NCBI GenBank assembly: GCA_963666215.2
Contig: CAXWPL010000004.1
Location: forward strand, 832,001-896,000
DNA length: 64,000 nucleotides
Direction: 5' to 3'
DNA from: Acidobacteriota bacterium
Lineage (GTDB): Bacteria; Acidobacteriota; UBA890; WLXD01
The position numbers were made by a program, and so were the translations under genes. Shown one piece after another: positions 49,519-58,180 of this stretch. The notes beneath the pieces were generated by a model that was not told the DNA's origin, did not search any database, and was given only the letters and a program-made list of their open reading frames with translations. Position 1 is the first letter of the stretch; each line of letters begins with the position of its first letter.

Positions 49519-50805
49519 TCAGACGATGACACCATGCTCGGTGGGCGTGTATCCGACTTCCGGGAAGATTGTTGAGAAGTCGGGGTTGCCGGCGCGCTTG
49601 GTGAGGATCTCGGTGAGGATGTCGCGGTAGTCGGTGGTGATCGCCAGATCCTGGTCTTCGAAGAGCTGCTCGGGCTCGAGCCCCGGCCAGTCGGTCATGA
49701 CGCGGCCGCCGGCAACGTTCTTGCCCATCACGAACATCACCGAGGCGTGGCCGTGGTCGGTGCCCGCTGAGCCATTCTCGAATGCGTTGCGGCCGAACTC
49801 CGACATCGCCACCACGATGACGTTCTTGCGCTTGGAGAGATCTCTGTGGAGGGCGTTCATCCCCATGGCGAAGGTGCCCATGAGGCTCGACATCCAGCCG
49901 TCGACCGATCCCTGGTTGTCGTGTGTGTCCCAGCCGCCGAGATCGATCGACACGGCTTCGACGCCGATGTCGGCCTTGATCAGCGCTGCCGTCGACCGCA
50001 TGGCGTAGCCGAACTCGTCCTCCGGATAGTTGGCGCCTCCAGTGGGCCTGTAACCGTCGAAGTCGATGCTGGCGAGCAGATCGATCGTCTGGGTCGTGTT
50101 CCGCGCCGCCGTGCTCAGAGGGTCGGGGAAGGCCGCGTACATGGCCTCGATAGCCTTCTGACGCCCGTTCACCGTATGGAAGTCACCGTCGAAGCCGAAG
50201 GTGGACAGATCCTGAATCGGCAGCGCCCGTGGTCCACCTACAAGGTGCCGTTGCAGCCCGTAGCCCATGCCGACCGCCCGCAGCACCGCGCTCGCCTTGC
50301 TGGGCGCAGTGGCCGCAAGGTGACGACCCAGCCAGCCGGTAAAGAGCGTGGCGGGGGCGTTGCCTTGGCCGACCTCCATGAAACGCATCGCCTCGAAGTG
50401 CGAGCGCGTGGGATTCTCCAGCCCCGTGGCGTGAACGACGAGGAGATCCTTGTCGTTGAACGGTGTCGTCAGCGGCGCCATCGATGGCGGCAAGCCAAAG
50501 TTGTCGTCGAGGGCGATGGCTCGATTCGGGTCGCCCGAGTCGGGCGGCGCAACCGCGATGTTGGGCCTCAGGTCGTAGTATGGCCGCTCGTTGAACGGCA
50601 CGCACGCGGTCAATCCGTCGATGCCGCCGCGCAGAAAGATCGACACGATAACGTCGCGCGCGCTGTTGTCGGCGCTGGCCAGCACGACGCGGGGCAGCCA
50701 GCTCGGCGACAGCGCCGTGGCGAACGCGGCGCTGCCGAGGCCGACGAAATTGCGTCGCGAGATCGAGTTGTATTCGTTACATCCGCATTTCTCGTCTCGG
50801 CTCAT
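49519..50805 (-). CDS. DUF1501 family Tat-exported protein
   Basis: ISRRNF, FLRGGIDGL, RSHF, GGWDTH, SEFGR, GTDHG. Confidence 0.9.
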   Translation of the reverse strand: MSRDEKCGCNEYNSISRRNFVGLGSAAFATALSPSWLPRVVLASADNSARDVIVSIFLRGGIDGLTACVPFNERPYYDLRPNIAVAPPDSGDPNRAIALDDNFGLPPSMAPLTTPFNDKDLLVVHATGLENPTRSHFEAMRFMEVGQGNAPATLFTGWLGRHLAATAPSKASAVLRAVGMGYGLQRHLVGGPRALPIQDLSTFGFDGDFHTVNGRQKAIEAMYAAFPDPLSTAARNTTQTIDLLASIDFDGYRPTGGANYPEDEFGYAMRSTAALIKADIGVEAVSIDLGGWDTHDNQGSVDGWMSSLMGTFAMGMNALHRDLSKRKNVIVVAMSEFGRNAFENGSAGTDHGHASVMFVMGKNVAGGRVMTDWPGLEPEQLFEDQDLAITTDYRDILTEILTKRAGNPDFSTIFPEVGYTPTEHGVIV

Positions 50806-50837
50806 TGCGATCTCCTAGCGACTCTCACCACGGCTTG

Positions 50838-52391
50838 CTAGTACTGCTGGAATTCTGGCGCGCTGATTGCGATGCCAATCGCTTCGCGCACCCGTTTCGG
50901 GTTCAGCCGTCCTTTGTTGAGGAACGCGCGGAGCTCCGTCTTCGAGCTGCTCGACATCTGACCGTCGAACAGGAACCGGTTGATGCGGTTGAGCACCGCG
51001 CTCTTGCCGCCCTTCGTGCTCGCCAGCGCCGGCGCCACCTCCACCGGTGAACGGCCCGGCTGCATCGCGTTGGCGGCGAAGTTCCAGCGCGGCAGGATGA
51101 AGCCCGACCAGTAGGCCTCGTCGTCGGGATAGCCGTCGGGGGGCTCCCAGTTGAATGGCAGCTGGCCGGCATTTCGCAGCGAGTCAATTAGAAAGGAGGG
51201 GTCACCGATGCTGGCGCCCGTGGCGCGCATTGCCGACGTTACGAGGTGGAAGGGTCGCTTTATCTTGGGCATTGCGCTCCTCAGGCTCTGTTTCTCGAGC
51301 GCCGTTCGCAGCATCGCTCGAACGCTGCCGCCGGCGCGCTTGTAGGTGTTCTTGACCCGATTGACGAGAGCCTGGTCGGGCTCGTAGCCCCAGAAACGGA
51401 TCAGGATCTTACGGGCGATGAAGTCGGCGGTGTTGTCGTGATCGCCGAGAATCTTCAACACGCGCTCGCCCTCCGAGACCCCCTTCCCCGAGGGGAAGTC
51501 GCGATTCAGAAAGCGCTTCCTGGCGCGGTCGTGGCGCTCGCCGTAGAAGGCGAAGGTGCCCACCTCGCCCGCTTCGCGGTATGGGGTGACCCACGTCCAA
51601 CCCGTGAAGATTCGCGCCAGCTCCTTGACGTCCTTCTCGGTGTAGCCGTTGTCGGCACCGAGCGTGTGCAGCTCCATGATCTCGCGTGCGTAGTTCTCGT
51701 TTGCGAAGCCGCGGACATTGCTGTCGTTGGTGAGGTACACGAGCATCGATGGGCTGTGCGCCGACGCGGTCAACAGGTCCGGGAAGCGGCGCATGGCATT
51801 GGCGCGGATGACGTCGCGATCGTCGACAGGCTTCAGGAGCGGCTGGAAGTCCGCGAAGATGTCGATGTTGAAATGGTCGCTCCACAACTCCACCACGCGC
51901 TCGAACAGCTGACGAGGCGAGTAGATCGCTCGGAATAACGTTGCGGCCCACAGCTCGAAGACCGGCACGAACGGATTGCTCTCGAAGTTCCGAAAGAGAG
52001 CGTCGGGCGACATCGTCAACGTCGGCAGCGCCTCGGCGAGCGAATCCTCGAGCTCGGAGTTGTCGAGCTTCTCGAAGTCGAGCTGTTCCTCGAGGTAGCG
52101 CGTATAGCCGATCTGCTCGATCCGCGCGTAGTTGGCCCGCGTCCCTCCCAGCGTGATGCGCTGTACGAGCGTCCGGTCGACATCCGCAAGCTTCGCGAAG
52201 TCCATGGCGCCGCGCTCCGGTGTCGCGGCACCGAGCGCCGAGAGCGTTTCCAGCTCACGTCGTACCGAGGCAGGTAGCCGTGGCACCGTTGGCCCGAGCG
52301 ACAGCCGCGGGAACGATCGGCGCGGCCTTGGCAGCTCCTCCATCGAGGGGCCGCTGAAGCCGGGCGACGGGCTGGCCTGCATCTGACGCAT
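50838..52391 (-). CDS. DUF1800 family protein
   Basis: WSDHFN, ANENYAREIMELHTLG, ARIFTGW, PPDGYP, PEFQ. Confidence 0.9.
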   Translation of the reverse strand: MRQMQASPSPGFSGPSMEELPRPRRSFPRLSLGPTVPRLPASVRRELETLSALGAATPERGAMDFAKLADVDRTLVQRITLGGTRANYARIEQIGYTRYLEEQLDFEKLDNSELEDSLAEALPTLTMSPDALFRNFESNPFVPVFELWAATLFRAIYSPRQLFERVVELWSDHFNIDIFADFQPLLKPVDDRDVIRANAMRRFPDLLTASAHSPSMLVYLTNDSNVRGFANENYAREIMELHTLGADNGYTEKDVKELARIFTGWTWVTPYREAGEVGTFAFYGERHDRARKRFLNRDFPSGKGVSEGERVLKILGDHDNTADFIARKILIRFWGYEPDQALVNRVKNTYKRAGGSVRAMLRTALEKQSLRSAMPKIKRPFHLVTSAMRATGASIGDPSFLIDSLRNAGQLPFNWEPPDGYPDDEAYWSGFILPRWNFAANAMQPGRSPVEVAPALASTKGGKSAVLNRINRFLFDGQMSSSSKTELRAFLNKGRLNPKRVREAIGIAISAPEFQQY

Positions 52392-52624
52392 GGGCGCTTC
52401 TCCTGCCTGTCGTACCTGCAACGAGCCCAGCTCCACCCATTCACGCGGTGGGGCAGGGCTTCTGCTGCGGCGACACTTGACGGAAGGCCAGGGGGTGCTT
52501 CGGAGCCTATCAAGGCGACGTCGATGACAACAAGGACGGTGGCGGCCTCGGCCGTCAGCGGCGGCCGCAACTCGACTTGGGCATGGAGCGGTGTCCGGCG
52601 GAGGCATCTGCATGGGCGAGCTTG

Positions 52625-52738
52625 GCGCCCCGTGCGGGTGTGGTGATCGCTGCCACCCGCAACCCGCTGGTCAACCGCGGCGACGCGATTGTCCACCTGG
52701 CCGACGCCGGCTGGCTCTTCGGAAAATGCAGAGTCTGA
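52625..52738 (+). pseudogene. C-terminal remnant of an AstE/AspA (succinylglutamate desuccinylase-like) protein
   Basis: Manual translation APRAGVVIAATRNPLVNRGDAIVHLA...stop. Confidence 0.5.
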
Positions 52739-52744
52739 AGAAAA

Positions 52745-52842
52745 TGGCGGAGGGGGTGGGATTCGAACCCACGTGCCAGGATTTGACCCCGACAACTCGA
52801 TTTCGAGTCGAGCGCGTTACGGCCGGACTTCGCTACCCCTCC
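52745..52842 (-). tRNA. tRNA-Ser(CGA)
   Basis: GGAGGGG/CCCCTCC acceptor stem + GCCA; anticodon arm CTCGA-CT-CGA-AA-TCGAG; long variable arm; GTTCGAATC T-loop. Confidence 0.95.
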
Positions 52843-53039
52843 GCGCGGCTCGCGCTCGACGCGCTCGCCGCGGGGGCGAGGTCCGATCGCGAGAACGCAA
52901 AGAGTAGCACCGACGCATCGAGCCACGCGGCCGTGCGCTCGTTGCGCCAGATCAGCGCGATTCCGCAAGTCATCAGCGGTAGCACGAGGAGCCCAAGGAT
53001 GCAGCCGATGGCCCCGTAGCCTCGCCCCCGCGAGCTCCG

Positions 53040-54698
53040 CTATTGGGCAGCGCCCTCTCGATCGCGCCACCAACTTCGCGCCCGCTCGCTGTCCCAGCGC
53101 GGTTCGGTATCGATCGCCGCCAGGCGCTGTGCCAGCACCTCGGCGGTCGCGGGGCGGTCGGCAGGCGCCTTCTGTAGGCAAGAGAGCAGCAAGGCGTCGA
53201 GCGACTGCGGCACTGCGATCTCGGTGCGCGAAGAAGCTGGCGATGGCTCGTCGCGCGCGTGGGCGACTGCCATCGACATAGCACTGTCGGCGTCGAACAC
53301 AGGGTGGCCGGTGAGCAGCCAGTAGCCGACGCAGCCGAGGGCATAGAGGTCGGCTCGGCCGTCGAGATGATCGTCCGCATTACCGACGATCATCTCCGGC
53401 GCCATGAACGCCGGTGTTCCCGCCGCTGTGCCTTGCACGGTCACACGGGTTTCCTCCGGGTCGCGCACCGATTGTCTGACCAAGCCGAAGTCGAGCACCT
53501 TCACGAAGTCGCCGGTGCGACCCATTGGCGAGACGACGATGTTGGCCGGCTTGATGTCGCGGTGCACCAGTCCGAGCGCGTGCGCTTCGTGCAGCGAGTC
53601 GCAGGCCTGAATGAGCAACTCGATGCTGCGCTCCGCGGGCTGCGGACCGTGACGCTCGACCAGGGCTTCGAGGTCGAGGCCGTCGAGCAGCTCCATGACG
53701 TAGTAGAAGGCTCCGCTCTGGCTGCGCCCGAAGTCATACAGGTCCACCGTGTGCGGCGAGCGTAGGCTCGCCGTGACCTGCGCTTCGCGCTCGAAGCGAC
53801 GCTCGATCGCGGAGAACATCGACGGGTTGCCGCCATCGACGAGCTCGCGTCGGATGAGCTTGATTGCCGCTGGCCGCGCCAGAAAGCGGTGCTCGGCTCG
53901 CCAAACCTCGCCCATGCCACCGCCGCCGATGCGCTCTCGCAACGTGTACTGGCCGAGCTGCCTGGCGTCGTGCGCTTCCTGTCGGAGTCCGTTGATCACT
54001 CGGGCCCCGGCGATGGCGACCGCCACACCCATCGTCGTTTGGATCAACAGCGACGTGGCCAACGTGCCCTGGACACTCGAGAGGAAAGCCTCGCTCTCAC
54101 GGGGGGCCGCGGCAATGATCACCGCCAGCGCCGCGAACGGCACCGCGCCCAATAGCGCGATCGCAACCGTCGCGCGCGGCAACGCGTTGGGGACAAACAC
54201 CCCGTAGCCGACCGTGAGGGCGAAGCTGAAGAACACGAGTGCGTCGGCGGTGGCGACAAACGCGATCTGATCGGCCTCTGCCGCCGCCTTCAGCATGTGA
54301 AAGGTGGAGTCGTAGCCGACCCACAAGGCTGTGGCACCGAACACAGCCGCCTCGATGAGGCGAAGCGGGTCGAGGCGAAGGGCTTGCTTACGCCACAGGG
54401 GCACGAGCATCGTGGCCAGGAACGCCAGGTATGCCACCCGTATGGGCACCGCGTGTGGCTTCTCCAACGACAGGTCGCGCGCCAGGAAGGCAGTCATGGC
54501 CACGAAGATCACGGTTGCCGCGACGCGCATGCGGACCTTGAGCAACGGCTCGAGCTCGATCGCGCCGTCCACGGTCGCGGTGCCGATGCGGGCGGTCCTG
54601 TTGACGTGCTCACGCTCGCTCGCAGAGCGACTACCGGACGTTGCTCCGGTCACGATTCGACTCTCCCGTTCTGGTCTCGGGGCACGAGGCTCGTTCAC
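53040..54698 (-). CDS. Hanks-type Ser/Thr kinase with N-terminal multi-TM domain
   Basis: GGGGMGEV, AIK, HRDIKPAN, DFG, GTPAFMAPE; about 6 TM N-terminal. Confidence 0.92.
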   Translation of the reverse strand: MNEPRAPRPERESRIVTGATSGSRSASEREHVNRTARIGTATVDGAIELEPLLKVRMRVAATVIFVAMTAFLARDLSLEKPHAVPIRVAYLAFLATMLVPLWRKQALRLDPLRLIEAAVFGATALWVGYDSTFHMLKAAAEADQIAFVATADALVFFSFALTVGYGVFVPNALPRATVAIALLGAVPFAALAVIIAAAPRESEAFLSSVQGTLATSLLIQTTMGVAVAIAGARVINGLRQEAHDARQLGQYTLRERIGGGGMGEVWRAEHRFLARPAAIKLIRRELVDGGNPSMFSAIERRFEREAQVTASLRSPHTVDLYDFGRSQSGAFYYVMELLDGLDLEALVERHGPQPAERSIELLIQACDSLHEAHALGLVHRDIKPANIVVSPMGRTGDFVKVLDFGLVRQSVRDPEETRVTVQGTAAGTPAFMAPEMIVGNADDHLDGRADLYALGCVGYWLLTGHPVFDADSAMSMAVAHARDEPSPASSRTEIAVPQSLDALLLSCLQKAPADRPATAEVLAQRLAAIDTEPRWDSERARSWWRDREGAAQ

Positions 54699-54808
54699 CT
54701 CAGGGGCCGGGCACGGGCCGGTTGTCGGCGCGACACGTAGCTGTCATCGTCTCAGGCGTGCGCTCGATCGCGCCGCGCATCTCATAGAGCCCACGGAGAC
54801 CAGGAAGC

Positions 54809-56920
54809 ATGCGGGTCACCATTCGATTCCGAGGTTTGCTCACCGCCCTCTGCTTGTTCGTCGCGTTCGGCACCGCGCCGGTTGCCGGTCAGCAGGCAGC
54901 CGAGGGACGCACGCCGAATACGGTGCAGGTGGAGCCCGCCGAGATCAACATGCGCGTCGGTGAGAGCGTACAGCTCCAAGTGACTGTGCTCGACGCCGAT
55001 GATGCCACGATCGACAACGCGCCGGTGCTGTACCTGCCGCTGTGGGGGCAGTTCTGGAACATCGAATCGAGCACCTGGGGCTTCAACCTCTTCCGTGTTT
55101 CGAGCGATGGCTTGGTTACGGCATCGAAGCCGGGCGAGTACGCGGTGCGTGTGCGCATACCGAAGGGCGAGGGCACGTATCTCGATACGGAGGTTCCACT
55201 ACGTATTCGCAAGCCGCCGGTCACCAGCATCGAGCTGGTCGATCCGCCAGCGCGCTTCTTGAGCGCTACGACCGTTCGTCTCGAGCGGCGCATGGTCGAC
55301 AGCTCCGGGGCCGTGCGCCGCGATGTTGCCGGCGGCTTTCGCAGCAGTGACGGTGATGTTGCCATAGTCGACGAGCTCGGCCATCTGAAGCTCCTGAAGC
55401 CGGGGCGGACGACGATCACGGCGATGGCCGACGAGGCATCGACCACACTGGACGTGCGCGTCGAGCACAACCCTGCAGCCTCGATCAGTCTTACGGCCGA
55501 TGCCAACCGAGTCCGTACAGGCGACGTGGTCCACCTCGATGCGGTTGTTCTCGACGGCCGCGGCAATCCCGTGAACGGCGCGCCGATCACCTTCAGCTTT
55601 CTGGCGCGTACCGACGAAATGCACGTCGGTGGCCCCACGACCGGGTTCATCGCCCAGGACGGCCGTTTCGTTGCCGACCTACCCGGCGAGTACTCGATCT
55701 TCGCTCACTCGGGTGCGCAGTCGGCGACCGCGGTGATCGTGGTCGAGCCGCGCGATGCGCAACGTCACATCGAGCTCGTGGGGCATGGTCGCGTCAAAGA
55801 TCGCTCCACGTCCGACCTCTGGGTGTGGGAAGCGCCGAATGGGCGCGACTACGCCATCACCGGTACGCATAGCGCCGAGGGGCACGCCTACATCTGGGAC
55901 GTCACCGACCCGGCCAATATGGTGATCGTCGACACCGTTCACGTCGACGCGCGAACGGTCAATGACGTCAAGGTGTCGGAAGACGGGCGCATTGCGGTGA
56001 TCTCGCGCGAGGGTGCGAGCAATCGCCGCAACGGCATCGTGATCCTCGACGTTTCCGATCCGGCGGAAGGCGCGCGTGTGTTGTCGCGCTACGACGATGA
56101 GCTCACCGGTGGCGTCCACAACCTGTTCGTTTCGAACGACCACGTGTATGCGCTTTCGGCGGGCCAGCGCTACGACATCATCAGCATCGAGGATCCGAGC
56201 AACCCGCATCGCGTGGGTCGCTTCGAGCTCGACAGTCCCGCGCGCTCGATTCACGACGTTTGGGTGGCCGACGGCATCGCCTACTCGGCCAACTGGAACC
56301 AGGGGGTCGTGATGGTCGACGTCGGTGGCGGCAACATGGGCGGTTCGCCGCGCAATCCGGTGAAGATGGGGCAGTTCCCGTTCCCGTCTGGCTGGAACCA
56401 TTCCGTACATCCGTACCGCAGCGCCTCGACGGGCAAGTTCTACATCCTCGCCGGCGACGAAGCGGCGCGCACCGGTCGCTTCTCACCGCGCCCGGAGCTT
56501 GGCTCCGGCACTCCGGGCTACGAAGGCGAGCCGTCGCGCTGGCGCGGCTGGATTCACGTTCTCGAGTGGGACCCGCTGAAGTCCGACGCCGACCCGCGTG
56601 TGGTGGCTCGTTACGAGGTCCCCGAGGCCGGCAGCCACAACATCTGGGTTGAGAACGACGTCATGTACGTCGCCTTCTACAACGGTGGGCTGCGGGTGGT
56701 CGATCTTTCTGGCGAGCTGATGGGCGACCCCTATCGCCAGGGCCGCGAGATCGCGTATTTTCTACACTTCGATCCGGACGGCTTCCGCGCCAACGCTCCT
56801 CAGGTTTGGGGCGCGCAACCGTTCAAAGGCAACATCTTCTTTTCGGACAACAGCTCGGGTCTCTGGTGCGTACGATTGGTCGACGACACCGATGCCCTTG
56901 CCGGTCCGAACGGCGAATAG
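54809..56920 (+). CDS. Secreted Ig-like + LVIVD-repeat beta-propeller protein
   Basis: Signal peptide, three Ig-like modules, GVHN/IHDV/WNHS/SHN repeats, GGLRVVDLS. Confidence 0.8.
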   Translation: MRVTIRFRGLLTALCLFVAFGTAPVAGQQAAEGRTPNTVQVEPAEINMRVGESVQLQVTVLDADDATIDNAPVLYLPLWGQFWNIESSTWGFNLFRVSSDGLVTASKPGEYAVRVRIPKGEGTYLDTEVPLRIRKPPVTSIELVDPPARFLSATTVRLERRMVDSSGAVRRDVAGGFRSSDGDVAIVDELGHLKLLKPGRTTITAMADEASTTLDVRVEHNPAASISLTADANRVRTGDVVHLDAVVLDGRGNPVNGAPITFSFLARTDEMHVGGPTTGFIAQDGRFVADLPGEYSIFAHSGAQSATAVIVVEPRDAQRHIELVGHGRVKDRSTSDLWVWEAPNGRDYAITGTHSAEGHAYIWDVTDPANMVIVDTVHVDARTVNDVKVSEDGRIAVISREGASNRRNGIVILDVSDPAEGARVLSRYDDELTGGVHNLFVSNDHVYALSAGQRYDIISIEDPSNPHRVGRFELDSPARSIHDVWVADGIAYSANWNQGVVMVDVGGGNMGGSPRNPVKMGQFPFPSGWNHSVHPYRSASTGKFYILAGDEAARTGRFSPRPELGSGTPGYEGEPSRWRGWIHVLEWDPLKSDADPRVVARYEVPEAGSHNIWVENDVMYVAFYNGGLRVVDLSGELMGDPYRQGREIAYFLHFDPDGFRANAPQVWGAQPFKGNIFFSDNSSGLWCVRLVDDTDALAGPNGE

Positions 56921-56990
56921 CATGAGCTGGGTTCGCCGGCGTTTCCGGTAGCTCGAGGCGACAACCCCCAAATCAACACGAGAGGGTCCC

Positions 56991-57629
56991 ATGGCGATCT
57001 TGATTGGCAACGAGGCACCGAACTTCCAAGCGGAGACCACCGAAGGCGCGGTCGATTTTCACGAGTGGATCGGCGACTCCTGGGCAGTCCTGTTCTCCCA
57101 TCCGAAGGACTTCACCCCGGTTTGCACCACCGAGCTTGGCGCCGTTGCGAAGCTCAAGAGCGAGTTCGACGCCCGCAATACCAAGGTGATGGGCTTGAGC
57201 TGCAGCACCCTCGACGATCACCAAAAGTGGTCGGCCGACATCGAAGAGACGCAGGGCGCTGCGGTTAACTTCCCGCTCATCGGCGATCCCGAGGGCAAAG
57301 TGGCGCAGCTCTACGACATGCTCGATCCGTCTAAAGATGACCCGATGACCGTGCGCTCCGTCTTCATCGTCGGCCCCGACAAGAAGGTCAAGCTGATGAT
57401 CACCTATCCGGCGAGCACCGGCCGCAACTTCAACGAGGTGTTGCGGGTGATCGACTCGCTGCAGCTCACCGCGAACCACAAGGTGGCCACGCCCGCCAAC
57501 TGGAACGACGGCGACGACGTGATCATCGTGCCGGCCGTTTCCGACGAAGACGCGCGCGCGCGCTTCCCCGACGGCTGGGACGCGCAGAAGCCGTATCTCC
57601 GCGTGGTCGCGCAGCCGGGCCGCAACTAG
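56991..57629 (+). CDS. 1-Cys peroxiredoxin (Prx6 subfamily)
   Basis: SHPKDFTPVCTTE, YPASTGRNF, ATPANW. Confidence 0.95.
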   Translation: MAILIGNEAPNFQAETTEGAVDFHEWIGDSWAVLFSHPKDFTPVCTTELGAVAKLKSEFDARNTKVMGLSCSTLDDHQKWSADIEETQGAAVNFPLIGDPEGKVAQLYDMLDPSKDDPMTVRSVFIVGPDKKVKLMITYPASTGRNFNEVLRVIDSLQLTANHKVATPANWNDGDDVIIVPAVSDEDARARFPDGWDAQKPYLRVVAQPGRN

Positions 57630-57672
57630 TCGCTTTCGGCCGCAGGACGGGAATCATCTGAAGAACTGACGA

Positions 57673-57707
57673 GCGCCACTCCGCGGCTTTCGTTCGCGGA
57701 GTGGCGC
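57673..57707 (+). terminator. 13-bp GC hairpin after the peroxiredoxin gene
   Basis: GCGCCACTCCGCG-9nt-CGCGGAGTGGCGC, weak U-tract. Confidence 0.55.
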
Positions 57708-57756
57708 CGTTCTGTGTCTGGCCCCGGCGACTTGGCGCCAACGGCAACAAATCCCG

Positions 57757-57796
57757 ATACCTTGCCTTTCGATATCAAATACCTTACCTTTCGATA
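57757..57796. promoter_or_regulatory. 18-bp direct repeat, putative operator of PadR-ADOP module 3
   Basis: ATACCTTGCCTTTCGATA (57757-57774) and ATACCTTACCTTTCGATA (57779-57796), 22-bp period. Confidence 0.7.
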
Positions 57797-57829
57797 CATC
57801 ATGAGATGGTCGTACTCGGAGGTTCCATC

Positions 57830-58180
57830 GTGACTTCGTCAGGATCCAAACCCGTCACTAGCTCTGCTTTCTACGTGCTGCTGGCACTCAGCGATCGAGA
57901 GCGTCATGGTGTTGGCATTGGTGACGAGGTTCGTCGTCGCACCGATGGTCTCGTGAAGCTCGGCGCGGGAACGTTGTATGCGACGCTCGCGAAGATGCTC
58001 GATCGTCGCTTGATTCGGCAGCTGGACGGCGGCCCGAAGGGCGACGAGGATCCTCGTCGGCGGTACTACCAGATCACTCGAGATGGACGCGAAACGCTCG
58101 AGATCGAAGCGCGCCGGCTTTCCGTGGTGCTCGAAGCCGCCCGCCACAAGGGTGTGCTCGGGCGGGCGGGTGGCTCTTGA
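57830..58180 (+). CDS. PadR-family transcriptional regulator (module 3)
   Basis: GGAGG SD, GTG start; RHGVGI, AGTLYATL, DPRRRYYQIT. Confidence 0.9.
   Translation: MTSSGSKPVTSSAFYVLLALSDRERHGVGIGDEVRRRTDGLVKLGAGTLYATLAKMLDRRLIRQLDGGPKGDEDPRRRYYQITRDGRETLEIEARRLSVVLEAARHKGVLGRAGGS

Noticed and set aside
52745-52842. Genomic island integrated at tRNA-Ser
   Set aside because: No integrase, no duplicated tRNA 3' end noticed and no composition shift
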